Assembly (NCBI GenBank): GCA_963813825.1
Contig: CAWFBB010000015.1
Span: forward strand, 22,702 to 86,701
Direction: 5' to 3'
DNA: 64,000 bases
Source of the DNA: an uncultured Alphaproteobacteria bacterium
GTDB taxonomy: Bacteria > Pseudomonadota > Alphaproteobacteria > Rhizobiales > Xanthobacteraceae
The position numbers were made by a program, and so were the translations under genes. How positions within the stretch are numbered: the first letter of the stretch is position 1; each line of letters starts with the position of its first letter. The notes under the pieces are model-generated. The model did no database searches and was not told the DNA's origin. It saw nothing but the letters and a program-made list of their open reading frames with translations. Shown one piece after another: positions 15,649 through 25,922 of this stretch.

Positions 15649-16950
15649 TCAAGCCGCCGCCTGCGGCAGGATGACGTCTCGTGTCATAGTCGCCAGCGCC
15701 AGCGCACCGATGGCCAGCAGAATGCCGGCGATCCACAGCGCCCAATCATAACTGCCGAGCCCGGACACGACATAGCCGGTAACGATCGGCGCAATGAGCC
15801 CGCACAGATTGCCGGCAAGGATGCAAAGTCCGATCGCCTTGCCGACGTCGCGGGCGCGATGCACGAGGTCGGTGACAAGCGACAGGTTGAGCGAGATCGC
15901 GGCGTTGATGCCCGAGAGCGACAGCGCGAACAACGCGAGGATCGTCGTGGTGTCGTTTGTAAACGGCACGAATGCCAGCGTCGCCGACAACAGCACGCAA
16001 AGTATCACCATGCCACGGCGGCCGCCGGCAAGCAGCGTATGGTTCTTGAGCAGCCGGTCGCTGACGAGGCCGAGCACAATGCTCACCGGCACCGCGATCG
16101 CCCACGGCACAGCGGTGTAAAGACCGGTCTTCATGATGGTCAGGTGTTTGGTATCCTGCAGATAGCTCGGCAGCCAGAACAGCAGCAGGTAGAGCGTATA
16201 AATACCGGCGGCCTGCGCGATCATGGTTCCCCACATCGACGGCGATCTCAGAAGTTCCGCGATGACCGCCGGGTTGCCATGGATGCCGACCTCGTCCGGC
16301 GTGCCGGCGGAACGCTCGCTGACGATCTTTTTGCGCTCGTCTTCGCTGAGCCAGCTCACCTTTTCGGGCCGGTCGAACCAGATCAGGTTGCAAGCGAGCC
16401 AAACGAAGCCGAGCGCGCCCAGAATGACGAAGGCGGAGCGCCAGCCCCACGCCGCGGTGATCGATGCCGTGATGATGGCGCCGATCGCCGGGCCGAGGAA
16501 GCTGCCGGCGCTCCAGAACGCATTAGCGACACCGCGCTCCTGCGCCGGCATCCATTCGCGCACGATGCGGCCGCACGAAGGAATCGAGGTCGCCTCGCCC
16601 GCACCCATGACCATACGGGCGACGATCAGCGTCGCAAAACTCCACACCCCGGCGGTCGCCATCATGGCCAGCGACCAAAATGTGATGCCGATGGCGTTGA
16701 TGTTCCGCGCGGTGAAGCGGTCGAGCAGGATGCCGATTGGCAGCAGGAAGATGACGTAAGTCCACAGGAACGACGAGAACAGAAAACCCATCTGGACCGG
16801 CGACAGCGAGAATTCGCCGCGCACCGCCTGCGCCACAACGCCAAGCGCCGAGCGGTCCATATAATTGATGGTGACCAGCGCGAGGGTCAGGGCGTAAACC
16901 CAGCCACGCCGGAAATGCGCAGGCACGCTTGCAGCCGTCAGGCTTGTCAT
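15649..16950 (-). CDS. MFS transporter (anion/sugar-acid type)
   Basis: 433 aa with about 12 hydrophobic segments. DRSALGV and LLDRF motifs are typical of ACS-type MFS transporters. Confidence 0.9.
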   Translation of the reverse strand: MTSLTAASVPAHFRRGWVYALTLALVTINYMDRSALGVVAQAVRGEFSLSPVQMGFLFSSFLWTYVIFLLPIGILLDRFTARNINAIGITFWSLAMMATAGVWSFATLIVARMVMGAGEATSIPSCGRIVREWMPAQERGVANAFWSAGSFLGPAIGAIITASITAAWGWRSAFVILGALGFVWLACNLIWFDRPEKVSWLSEDERKKIVSERSAGTPDEVGIHGNPAVIAELLRSPSMWGTMIAQAAGIYTLYLLLFWLPSYLQDTKHLTIMKTGLYTAVPWAIAVPVSIVLGLVSDRLLKNHTLLAGGRRGMVILCVLLSATLAFVPFTNDTTTILALFALSLSGINAAISLNLSLVTDLVHRARDVGKAIGLCILAGNLCGLIAPIVTGYVVSGLGSYDWALWIAGILLAIGALALATMTRDVILPQAAA

Positions 16951-17009
16951 CGTTTCCTCCCCGTTTATACGGCGCCGCTTATGCCGCGGCGTCCGCTCGT
17001 ATCGTCCAT

Positions 17010-17249
17010 TCAGTTCTTCGGCGGTGGTGCCGCGGTCGGCCCCATCGTCCCGATGGCGCCGGCGCCACCGCGCGGATCGTTCCGGTTGGCCATGCAGTCC
17101 TTGATGAACTTCGTCCGCTGCGCCCCTGCGAGTTTCTGGTCGTTAGCGCCGAACTGGCATGTTGCCAACTTTTCTTTCGGCGTCACCGCAAACGACGGAG
17201 CACTGAACATCACGGTCAACAGACCGGCAGCAACTGCGAATCGAATCAT
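17010..17249 (-). CDS. PsiF-repeat family small periplasmic protein
   Basis: Signal peptide plus CQFGANDQKLAGAQRTKFIKDCM, which resembles the PsiF repeat. Confidence 0.65.
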   Translation of the reverse strand: MIRFAVAAGLLTVMFSAPSFAVTPKEKLATCQFGANDQKLAGAQRTKFIKDCMANRNDPRGGAGAIGTMGPTAAPPPKN

Positions 17250-17342
17250 GGCGAAGGTTCCTGGCTGCGAGGGCGCTATCTTAGCATTGATCGAAAGGCC
17301 AATGGAACGTTATGACATTATTGCGAAAGGAATCCGTGATTC

Positions 17343-17780
17343 ATGTCTGAGCCAGCCTCCGTCCGGGTCTCAAGCGTGCTTGCAAGCGTTACGCCGGGCC
17401 TCACCGGCATGCACCAGATCGTCGTTGGCCCACAGCATACCGCGCCCTTTGTCGGCTCGGGCCGCATCCCGGTGCTGGCAACGCCGGTGATGATAAATGT
17501 CATCGAAGCGGCAGCGCTAGCGGCGGTCGAGCATCTGCTGCCGCTCGGCCATCAAAGCCTCGGCATAAGGCTCGATGTCAGCCACGTCGCGGCGACCCCG
17601 ATCGGGCTCCGGGTCACGGCCACGGCCGAAGTGCTGCGCGTCGAAGGCCGCACCATCACGTTCCGCGTCGAAGCCCGTGACGATTTCGAGGTCATCGGCG
17701 GCGGCACGCACGAGCGCGTGGTGGTCAGTGTGGAACGCTTCGACGAGCGCGTGCAGCGCAAGATTCGCCGCGAGAGCTAG
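17343..17780 (+). CDS. Hot-dog fold thioesterase (fluoroacetyl-CoA thioesterase-like)
   Basis: 145 aa; VGSGRIPVLATPVMINVIEAAA...HVAATPIG...G.H.R.VV pattern. Confidence 0.78.
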   Translation: MSEPASVRVSSVLASVTPGLTGMHQIVVGPQHTAPFVGSGRIPVLATPVMINVIEAAALAAVEHLLPLGHQSLGIRLDVSHVAATPIGLRVTATAEVLRVEGRTITFRVEARDDFEVIGGGTHERVVVSVERFDERVQRKIRRES

Positions 17781-17786
17781 CTACCG

Positions 17787-17987
17787 TCAGCGCCGGCCCA
17801 TGATCCAGCCGATGACGAATAGCACAACAGCTGCAACCGCGGCGGCGATGGCGTGGGTCGTATGAATGTGGTCTGAGCCAGCGATATAACCGGGCATAAA
17901 GGTCGGCAACGACCCGGCCGGCATCGTGTAATACATCACAGCCGCAATCACGCAGACAATGGCGAGCAGATAGGCGAGCATTTTCAT
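17787..17987 (-). CDS. Small membrane protein (66 aa)
   Basis: Two transmembrane helices. GGATAT-type RBS context. Confidence 0.5.
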   Translation of the reverse strand: MKMLAYLLAIVCVIAAVMYYTMPAGSLPTFMPGYIAGSDHIHTTHAIAAAVAAVVLFVIGWIMGRR

Positions 17988-18143
17988 GGAGATATCCTTG
18001 GGTGCAAAAGCCGGTCGACGCGAAGCGGTGCCTCGTTAGCATAGGAGCGCGTTCCTTGGCGAGAGCAGCGCGCGGCCGCCGCTTGTTTTCCCCAACGCGT
18101 GCGGCATGATCGGGGAAAAGCACAAGCAACTCGGGAGGAAGAC

Positions 18144-19197
18144 ATGATTGCGCGACAAGCGGCCGCAATAGCCTGCGCCGCCATAACCTCGCTTGCAGTA
18201 GTATCAGCCGCGCAGGCGCAAGCGCTCGACGACTACTACGGCAAAGCCAAAAGCGAGGGGGCGTTCTCATTTTATGTGGGCGGGCCGACGGCGCCCTGGG
18301 AGGCGCGAGCGAAGGTTTTCGAAGAGCGTTATCCGGGAGTGAAAATCACAATCGGCGGCGGCTTTTCGAACGTGCTCGACCAGAAGATCGATGCGCAACT
18401 CGCCGCCGGCAAGCTCGAAGTCGACGCCGCTATCCTGCAGACCGCCGCCGATTTCGTACGCTGGAAAAAAGAAGGCCGACTGGCGACGTTCAAGCCCGAC
18501 GGTTTCGATAAGATGGATGCCGCTTTCAAGGATGCCGGCGGCGCCTACTGGGCAACGATGGTGAGCGTCGTGCCCTACATGTACAACACCGAGAAGGTCG
18601 CCGCCGCCGACATACCGAACGCGGCGAACGGATTTCCTTAAGCCGCAATTCCAGGGCAAGATCGTCACCGCCTATCCTGCGGACGACGATGTTACGCTGT
18701 GGGTCTTCTATCACATCGTGCAGAAATACGGCTGGAGCTACATGGATAAGTATATGGCGCAAAAGCCGAACTTCATCCAGGGCCATCTCGGCGAGCAGCG
18801 CAGCATCGGCTCCGGCCAAAATCTCGTAACGTTCGATTCGATCCTCGACATCACCGACGGACTCAAGCGTCAGGGCCAGCCGGTCGAGACACATATCCCG
18901 ACGGGCGATGCCCTGCCGATCTGGCCACTGATGGGCACGATCTTTAAAGACGCGCCACATCCAAATGCGGCGAGGCTGTTCCTCTCCTGGCTGCTGGCGC
19001 CCGAGCAACAATCAAAGCTGCCGACATGGTCGCCGCGGAGCGACGTCCCGGCGCCTGCGGGCTTTAAACCGATCTTCTCGTACAAGGTAGCCAACGATTA
19101 CGTTGCCTTCCTTACCGACCAAACCAAGGTCGCCGAACTCCGCAAGCGCTTCGAGGGTTATAGCGGCCCGATCGTCAATTCCGGCGGCGTGCGGTAA
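18144..19197 (+). pseudogene. ABC-transporter periplasmic substrate-binding protein (iron/solute type), frame-disrupted near 18628-18632
   Basis: The N-terminal part (18144..18641) stops after ...ADIPNAANGFP. The +1 frame continues immediately with DFLKPQFQGKIVTAYPADDDVTLWVFYHIVQKYGW... through to 19197. Confidence 0.7.
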
Positions 19198-19945
19198 CCG
19201 AGCGGCTGACATCCGAAACTCGCAAATCCATATCGGCTGCGCCGGGTGGGCGATTCGCAAAACGCGTGCATCGCTGTTCCCATCAACAGGCAGCCACCTC
19301 GCGCGTTATGCGCAGCAGTTCAATGCGGTGGAAATCAATTCATCGTTCTATCGCCCTCACCGACGCAGCACCTATGAGCGCTGGGCGGCGGCGGTGCCGG
19401 ACGAGTTTGCATTTGCCGTCAAAGCCCCGAGGGCGATCACTCACGAATTGCGGCTGATGCAAACAGGTGCTGCGCTCGATGCTTTTCTTGCCGAGGTTTC
19501 AGGGCTTACCGAAAAGCTCGGGCCGCTACTCTTTCAATTACCGCCCATGCTCGCATTCGACCTACGCATGGCGCAGGCGTTTTTCACCGATCTGCGGGCG
19601 CGTTTCCAGGGCACGGTCGTGTGCGAGCCAAGGCACAAAGACTGGTTTACTCCAGTAGCCGACGATCTTCTGCAAGAGTTCTGCATTGCACGCGCGGCCG
19701 CCGATCCGAGTGTCGTGCCGGCAGCGGCCAATCCCGGCGGGTGGCGTAATCTCGACTATTTCCGGCTGCACGGATCGCCGCGCATGTATTACTCGGACTA
19801 CGATGACGGAAGGCTCGGGGGTTTTGCGGCGCAACTGATCGCCACTGACGATCACGCGTGTTGGTGCATCTTCGATAATACCGCTGATGACGCCGCAATC
19901 AGCAACGCGCTCAAGCTCAAAAGGCTTGTCGGCGCCCAGCCATAA
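19103..19945 (+). CDS. DUF72 family protein (start codon uncertain)
   Basis: IHIGCAGWAI...YAQQFNAVEINSSFYRPH is the DUF72 signature. The conserved N-terminus begins about 19226. The only canonical in-frame start (TTG 19103) overlaps the upstream gene by 95 nt. Confidence 0.72.
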   Translation: MPSLPTKPRSPNSASASRVIAARSSIPAACGNRAADIRNSQIHIGCAGWAIRKTRASLFPSTGSHLARYAQQFNAVEINSSFYRPHRRSTYERWAAAVPDEFAFAVKAPRAITHELRLMQTGAALDAFLAEVSGLTEKLGPLLFQLPPMLAFDLRMAQAFFTDLRARFQGTVVCEPRHKDWFTPVADDLLQEFCIARAAADPSVVPAAANPGGWRNLDYFRLHGSPRMYYSDYDDGRLGGFAAQLIATDDHACWCIFDNTADDAAISNALKLKRLVGAQP

Positions 19946-19957
19946 GCCCGGGCAATA

Positions 19958-20857
19958 TCAATACGGCCGCACATTGCCATCGACCGTGGTGCGCAACATA
20001 AGCCGCCGTTCGGTCGAGGGAAAATCAGTGCGCGCATGCGACGAGCAACGGTTATCCCATAGCAGGAGATCGCCGACGCGCCAGACGTGCTCATAGACGA
20101 ATTCGCGTTTCTCGGCGTGATCGTAAACAGTATTGAGAAGCAGATCGCTTTCGTCTTGCGGAGTGTCGAGGACCTTCACCGTCATCAGCCGGTTGACGTA
20201 AACGGCCTTTCTGCCGGTGTCCTCATGGGTGCGGAACACCGGATGTAGCTGCTCGGCGAACGCCTCTGTGCCGCGGCTGTCGCCACGGATCGTCGAGCCA
20301 TAATTGTAGTGGTGCAATGCTTTCTTGCCCTCGAGCCGGCTGCGAATCGCCGGATCGAGCGTTTCATAAGCGGCATAACCGCTGGCAAACAGCGTATTGC
20401 CGCCGCCCGACGGGATCTCTACCGAATAGAGCAGCGTCGCCTTGCTCGGGATTTCGGCATGGATCATGTCGTGATGGAACATCATCTCGCCGTCCGGCAA
20501 CGCCCCAATTGGCTCGCCATTCTCGCGGATGTTCGAAATCATCATGATGCCGGGCAGCAGTGAGGAATAACCCTTGGGAAAATATTTCGGCGGCCTTGAG
20601 ATTTTGCCGAGATGGCCGAAGAAACCAGTGGCCCGGATCAAATCCTCCTGTCCGAGATTCTGCTCCGGGAAGATCAGTACCAGATGGTCAAGCCAAGCCT
20701 TGTAGATCGCTGCGATCGTTTCATCGCTTGGTTTTTGCCGCAGATCGAGGCCCCGGACTTCCGCACCGATGTGCTTGGTAAGTGGAACGACTTCGAAGGG
20801 TGCAGCGCCTGCCGAATATGTTCGGCTCGAGACAGACTCGTGCGTCGAAAGCGACAT
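19958..20857 (-). CDS. TauD/TfdA-family Fe(II)/2-oxoglutarate dioxygenase
   Basis: 300 aa from MSLSTHE with a GGGAGG RBS. Family-typical HHDMIH (H-x-D) and C-terminal CSSHARTDF region. Confidence 0.88.
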   Translation of the reverse strand: MSLSTHESVSSRTYSAGAAPFEVVPLTKHIGAEVRGLDLRQKPSDETIAAIYKAWLDHLVLIFPEQNLGQEDLIRATGFFGHLGKISRPPKYFPKGYSSLLPGIMMISNIRENGEPIGALPDGEMMFHHDMIHAEIPSKATLLYSVEIPSGGGNTLFASGYAAYETLDPAIRSRLEGKKALHHYNYGSTIRGDSRGTEAFAEQLHPVFRTHEDTGRKAVYVNRLMTVKVLDTPQDESDLLLNTVYDHAEKREFVYEHVWRVGDLLLWDNRCSSHARTDFPSTERRLMLRTTVDGNVRPY

Positions 20858-20898
20858 GAAGCGACCTCCCAAAGTTAGTATCTTAATCCGTTTTTCAT

Positions 20899-21192
20899 TC
20901 ATTCCGCCGCGATGGCCACGGCCGGCGGGGGCACAGCGTGCGCGATCTCGCCGCTCGCCAACGCCGCGAGGATACGGTCGACCAGCGCGCGCGCCGAATT
21001 GGCGCTCAGCTCGACAGCCACGCGATCGCGCCCGCCCTCGCCCTCATTGGTGAAGTCGATGGCCAGAACGTGGTCGAGCGTAGAGTAGTACGGATGGTCG
21101 AAGTAGACATTGGCGGTATCGATTTTCATCCAGCCCTTGCGGCCTTTGGCGCTGCCGACAAGAGCGGCTTTCTCGACAATGTAGGAGCACAT
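20899..21192 (-). CDS. Small conserved hypothetical protein (97 aa; MCSYIVEKAALVGSAKG... type)
   Basis: GGGAGG RBS. It sits between the dienelactone hydrolase and TauD genes with short gaps. Confidence 0.6.
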   Translation of the reverse strand: MCSYIVEKAALVGSAKGRKGWMKIDTANVYFDHPYYSTLDHVLAIDFTNEGEGGRDRVAVELSANSARALVDRILAALASGEIAHAVPPPAVAIAAE

Positions 21193-21205
21193 AGCGGTCG
21201 CCTCC

Positions 21206-21988
21206 CTATTCCGCGGCGATGTTGCTGGCGGACGTCGCCAGATTGCGGTTGAAGAAGTCGAACACCTTGCGCCAGCCGTCCTGTGCCTGCTCGGGCCGAT
21301 AAGCATCGCGCATAGTGTTGAAGAACGCATGGCCGGCGCCGTCGTAACGGTGGAATTCGTAGTTCTTGCCGAGCTTCTTGAGCACCGCTTCAGTGCGGTT
21401 GACCTGATCGGCAGTGGGATTGGCGTCGTCGTTACCGAAAATCCCGAGCAGCGGACAAGTCATTTTCTCGGTGAGATCGATCGGCGCTACCGGCCGCTTG
21501 GCGTTGAGGTCCTTCGGATTGTCGACGATGACGTTACCGCCCCAGCAATCGACCGCGGCGTCGATGCCGGACAGCGTGCAGGCGGCGAGATATGTGTGAC
21601 GGCCGCCGGAGCAGAAGCCGATGACGCCGATCTTGCCAGTAACGTTCGGCTGCGCCCGCAAATAGGCCATCGCGGCGGCAACGTCGCCCATCACCTGGCC
21701 ATCGGCGACACCGCCGGCGGCACGGATGCGCGCTCCCAGATCGTCGGGAGCCTCACCGGGATTGCCTTCGCGGAAATAAAGGTGCGGCGAGATCGCCGCG
21801 TAACCATGATGCGCGAACTTGCGCACGACCTCAGTGGTCCACTCGCACCAGCCTGGGATGTGATGAATGACGACCACGCCGGGGAATTTTGCCGACCGGG
21901 TCGGGCGCGCGTAATAGGCCTCACCCTGATCGCCATTGTGGCCGCGGAACGGCACGACGTCCGCTTGCAGACCCTGGTAAAAGCTCAT
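21206..21988 (-). CDS. Dienelactone hydrolase family protein
   Basis: 260 aa from MSFYQGL. GVIGFCSGGRH contains the nucleophile Cys motif of DLH. Confidence 0.88.
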   Translation of the reverse strand: MSFYQGLQADVVPFRGHNGDQGEAYYARPTRSAKFPGVVVIHHIPGWCEWTTEVVRKFAHHGYAAISPHLYFREGNPGEAPDDLGARIRAAGGVADGQVMGDVAAAMAYLRAQPNVTGKIGVIGFCSGGRHTYLAACTLSGIDAAVDCWGGNVIVDNPKDLNAKRPVAPIDLTEKMTCPLLGIFGNDDANPTADQVNRTEAVLKKLGKNYEFHRYDGAGHAFFNTMRDAYRPEQAQDGWRKVFDFFNRNLATSASNIAAE

Positions 21989-22077
21989 GGTGCTCTCCCT
22001 GTTTTCTAGCCATTTGACCCACTGCCCTGATCGTAACATGGCACGTCCGCGATGGCAGCCGTACTGCGACACTCCGC

Positions 22078-22464
22078 TCAGTTCGGACAGCGATGCAAGA
22101 CCGACTTGTAATTGCCCTCACGATCGACGAACTCGACCGTATGATCGGGCATTGGCGTGAAGCTGACGTCCCCCATCAGCGGACCGGCGGCGAAGTGGCA
22201 TTCGATATGGATGTTCGTGGTGCTGCCGTCCTGCTTGAGATCGAGGATCGTGCAAACACCCACATTCGACACAATTTCCTTGGGCGAAATCTTGACCCGG
22301 ACACCAACGGGATCGCTGCCATCGCCTTTGCAAGGCACATTCTGTGTGTAATTTCCGACCAGCGCGGAATCGTCCTGCGCAAACGCGATGCCGGTGACTA
22401 TGGCAAGCGTAACGGCGGAGCGGGCAACGTTATGGAGAACCATCCTCAGCACGAAGGCACACAA
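22078..22464 (-). CDS. Hypothetical secreted protein
   Basis: Signal-like N-terminus (AVTLAIVTGIAFAQ) and four Cys. No family recognised. Confidence 0.5.
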   Translation of the reverse strand: MCAFVLRMVLHNVARSAVTLAIVTGIAFAQDDSALVGNYTQNVPCKGDGSDPVGVRVKISPKEIVSNVGVCTILDLKQDGSTTNIHIECHFAAGPLMGDVSFTPMPDHTVEFVDREGNYKSVLHRCPN

Positions 22465-22606
22465 TAGAAATTGACGCTATCGGAAAGCCCCGAAAACTCC
22501 GACGCGATCCGCCCGATGATCTGCCGGCATACCCAATGTAGCGAATGTCCGTCGTCCGGCCAATCGGAATTAATGCATTCCGCGATGCGGCTGGCGGCAG
22601 TTGCCG

Positions 22607-23032
22607 CTAGTGATCCCGGAACCCCGTACTGATGACTTTCACGCGGGCGGCCGACCATTGTTTCGGCGATCCGATACCGCTCTGGTAGGCCGCCTGCACG
22701 CAGTCAACGTGACCGTTGTCGGTAAAGCGGCCGCTGCGGTTATCGAACAATAGCTGCCGGCAATTCGCGCCGTCGTAGGGAATGTAGAGGATCGAGCCGG
22801 TGTAGATTTCATCATCATGTGCCGCGGCTGTAACCGCGGGGCCGGTTGGCTCCGTGGCGGCCTTGATGAATGACTTAACCACGGCAGGCGCGTGCTCTCC
22901 GGCAACCACATAGTTGCCGGCGGCAAACAGGCCGGCCGCGAGCGCCGCCCCGATTGCAATGGCAACAACGGTCTGGCGCAAGCCGTCGCCGGTGCGCCCG
23001 TGACGCTTCGAAGGATGCGTAGGTCTGGCCAT
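22607..23032 (-). CDS. Hypothetical membrane-anchored protein
   Basis: Basic N-terminus followed by one TM helix (VVAIAIGAALAAGLFAAG). No family recognised. Confidence 0.5.
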   Translation of the reverse strand: MARPTHPSKRHGRTGDGLRQTVVAIAIGAALAAGLFAAGNYVVAGEHAPAVVKSFIKAATEPTGPAVTAAAHDDEIYTGSILYIPYDGANCRQLLFDNRSGRFTDNGHVDCVQAAYQSGIGSPKQWSAARVKVISTGFRDH

Positions 23033-23151
23033 GAACTGCCCAAGCCAAATGCCAAAGCCCGAGTATCAGGCCCATCATAGGACCAGACGAGCTCAGTAAG
23101 CGCAGGTTCTCGGAGATCGGTTAAAAGATTGCTCACAAAGTAGCTGCAAAC

Positions 23152-23180
23152 AAAAAGGGCGGCGCCAGCGGACGCCGCCC
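23152..23180 (-). terminator. Intrinsic terminator downstream of lon
   Basis: The minus strand reads GGGCGGCG-uccgcugg-CGCCGCCC followed by UUUUU. Confidence 0.72.
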
Positions 23181-23199
23181 CTATGTTGTTACCGAGCGT

Positions 23200-25635
23200 T
23201 CAGTGCGCGGTTAAGCCTGAAGAATCTTCCTCGACCACCGGCTCGGCGACCTCGACCGGCTTGGCCGTCGCCTCTTCCCAGGTGATCGGCTCTGGCTTGC
23301 GCACCAGTGCGCGCGCCAGCACCTCGTCCATGCGTGAGACCGGAATGATATCGAGGCCACTCTTGATGCTGTCGTTGATCTCGACAAGATCCTTGGCGTT
23401 CTCTTCCGGAATGAGCACGGTTTTGATGCCGCCGCGATGTGCCGCCAGGAGCTTTTCCTTCAAGCCCCCGATCGGCAGCACGCGACCGCGCAGCGTAATT
23501 TCGCCGGTCATGGCGACGTCACGATGCACCGGAATGCCGGTCATCACCGACACGATCGCGGTGACCATGGCGACACCCGCCGACGGTCCATCCTTCGGCG
23601 TCGCACCTTCCGGCACGTGCACGTGGATGTCGCGCTTCTCGAACATCGGCGGCTCGATGCCGAAGGCGGCCGAACGCATGCGGACATAAGAGGCCGCAGC
23701 GGAGATCAACTCCTTCATCACATCGCGCAAATTGCCGGTGACGGTCATCTTGCCCTTGCCGGGCATCATGGCCAACTCGATGGTCAGCAACTCACCACCG
23801 ACGTCGGTCCAGGCCAGGCCGGTGACGACACCGACCTGATCGACGTCCTCGACTTCGCCGTAGCGGAACTTGGGCACACCGAGATAGTCCGGCAGGTTCT
23901 TGTCGGTGATCTCGACCGATTGCGTCTTCTTGATCGTGAGCTCCTTCACCGCCTTGCGGATCAGCGTCGAAAGCTCGCGTTCCAGATTGCGCACGCCTGC
24001 TTCCCGCGTATAGCGGCGAATGAGCGTCAGCAATGCTCCGTCGTCGATCGACCACTCTTTGATCTCAAGGCCGTGCTTGACGACCGCGTGCGGGATGAGA
24101 TGCTTGCGCGCGATCTCGACCTTCTCGTCCTCGGTGTAGCCGGCGATCCTGATGATCTCCATGCGGTCCATCAAGGGCGGCGGAATATTCAGCGTATTCG
24201 CCGTGGTGATGAACATCACGTTGGACAGATCGTAGTCGACCTCAAGATAGTGGTCGTTGAAGGCGTGGTTCTGCTCGGGGTCGAGAACCTCGAGTAGCGC
24301 CGAAGACGGATCGCCGCGGAAATCGGCGCCCATCTTGTCGACCTCGTCGAGCAGGAACAGCGGGTTCGAGGTCTTCGCTTTGCGCATCGACTGGATGACC
24401 TTGCCCGGCATCGAGCCGATATAGGTCCGCCGGTGACCGCGGATCTCCGCTTCGTCGCGCACGCCGCCGAGCGAAACGCGCACGAATTCGCGCCCCGTCG
24501 CCTTCGCGATCGACTTGCCGAGCGAGGTCTTGCCCACGCCGGGAGGTCCGACCAGGCACAGGATCGGCCCGGTCAGCTTATTGGCGCGCTGCTGCACCGC
24601 GAGGTACTCGACGATGCGTTCCTTGACCTTCTCGAGGCCGAAGTGATCGGCATCGAGAATTTGCTCGGCGAGCGTCAGATCCTTCTTGATCTTCGACTTC
24701 TTGTTCCACGGGATCGACAGCAGCCAGTCGAGATAATTGCGCACGACGGTAGCTTCCGCCGACATCGGCGACATCTGGCGCAGCTTCTTGATCTCGTGCT
24801 GCGCTTTCTCGCGCGCTTCCTTGGAGAGCTTGGTGCGCTTGATCTTCTCTTCGAGCTCGGCGACCTCGTCCTTGCCGTCTTCGTCGCCCAGTTCCTTCTG
24901 GATCGCCTTCATCTGCTCGTTGAGGTAGTACTCGCGCTGGGTCTTCTCCATCTGGCGCTTGACGCGCGTACGGATGCGCTTCTCGACCTGCAGGACCGAG
25001 ATTTCGCTTTCCATCAGGCCAAGCACCTTCTCGAGGCGCTCGGTGATGGAAGGCGTCTCCAGGATGAGCTGCTTGTCGGGAATCTTCACCGCGAGATGCG
25101 AAGCTACCGTATCGGCAAGTTTGGCGTAGTCCTCGATCTGCTGGACCACGCCGATCACTTCCGGCGACACCTTCTTGTTGAGCTTCACATAGCCTTCAAA
25201 CTCATTGATGACCGAGCGCGCCAGCGCTTCGGCCTCAACCTGATCGCCCGAAGCGTCCGCGAGCACGACAGCCTCGGCCTCGAAGTAGTCCTCGCGGTCG
25301 GTGTATTTGTTGACGCGCGCGCGCGCCGCACCCTCCACCAGCACCTTCACGGTACCGTCGGGCAGCTTGAGCAGTTGCAGCACACTCGCCAGCGTGCCGA
25401 CGCTGAAAATAGAGTCCGTTGCCGGATCGTCATCGGACGCATTCTTCTGCGTCGCAAGCAGGATGAATGTATCTGAGCGCATCACCTCTTCGAGCGCCTT
25501 GATCGACTTTTCGCGGCCGACGAACAGCGGCACGATCATGTGCGGGAAGACAACGATGTCTCGCAGCGGCAAAACCGGATAAGCACGGGTTTCGCCGGCG
25601 GTCAGGAGTGGCTTTGGTTTGGCGGCACTTGTCAT
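23200..25635 (-). CDS. lon: ATP-dependent Lon protease
   Basis: 811 aa with Walker [10 protein letters not shown] and the protease-domain motif PKDGPSAG. Confidence 0.98.
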   Translation of the reverse strand: MTSAAKPKPLLTAGETRAYPVLPLRDIVVFPHMIVPLFVGREKSIKALEEVMRSDTFILLATQKNASDDDPATDSIFSVGTLASVLQLLKLPDGTVKVLVEGAARARVNKYTDREDYFEAEAVVLADASGDQVEAEALARSVINEFEGYVKLNKKVSPEVIGVVQQIEDYAKLADTVASHLAVKIPDKQLILETPSITERLEKVLGLMESEISVLQVEKRIRTRVKRQMEKTQREYYLNEQMKAIQKELGDEDGKDEVAELEEKIKRTKLSKEAREKAQHEIKKLRQMSPMSAEATVVRNYLDWLLSIPWNKKSKIKKDLTLAEQILDADHFGLEKVKERIVEYLAVQQRANKLTGPILCLVGPPGVGKTSLGKSIAKATGREFVRVSLGGVRDEAEIRGHRRTYIGSMPGKVIQSMRKAKTSNPLFLLDEVDKMGADFRGDPSSALLEVLDPEQNHAFNDHYLEVDYDLSNVMFITTANTLNIPPPLMDRMEIIRIAGYTEDEKVEIARKHLIPHAVVKHGLEIKEWSIDDGALLTLIRRYTREAGVRNLERELSTLIRKAVKELTIKKTQSVEITDKNLPDYLGVPKFRYGEVEDVDQVGVVTGLAWTDVGGELLTIELAMMPGKGKMTVTGNLRDVMKELISAAASYVRMRSAAFGIEPPMFEKRDIHVHVPEGATPKDGPSAGVAMVTAIVSVMTGIPVHRDVAMTGEITLRGRVLPIGGLKEKLLAAHRGGIKTVLIPEENAKDLVEINDSIKSGLDIIPVSRMDEVLARALVRKPEPITWEEATAKPVEVAEPVVEEDSSGLTAH

Positions 25636-25796
25636 GGCCCCATTTCCTTATTGTTGTGCACCTTCGCCGCAACCCGCAGGATGCGCTGCCGCAACGAACT
25701 GCCATTAAGCCGGGAGATTTCGGTACCCCGAACGCGGATACAAAGCCCAACCCGGAGTAGTCCACACAGTACTTCGTACGACAATGTCATACGATC

Positions 25797-25830
25797 ACTA
25801 TAGGTGGCGACGCGACACGGGTGTGTCAAG
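25797..25830 (-). promoter_or_regulatory. Possible RpoH (sigma32)-type promoter for lon
   Basis: The minus strand reads CTTGAC-N17-CCACCTATAGT, a partial match to CTTGAA-N16/17-CCCCATNT / CYTATNT. It lies about 160 nt upstream of the lon ATG. Confidence 0.35.
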
Positions 25831-25922
25831 AAAGCCTGGTTTTCCAAGCAAAACACTACATCGGGAAGACGCTGCGGCCGGCCGCGTGCCGAATCGAGGA
25901 CACCGGGCGAGCCGGTTACCAC

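Noticed and set aside
14896-17490. An 864-aa ORF on the + strand, the longest in the track.
   Set aside because: It lies antisense to the esterase and MFS transporter genes. It is extremely Arg/Ala/Gly-rich with no recognisable domain. This is a typical shadow ORF of high-GC DNA.
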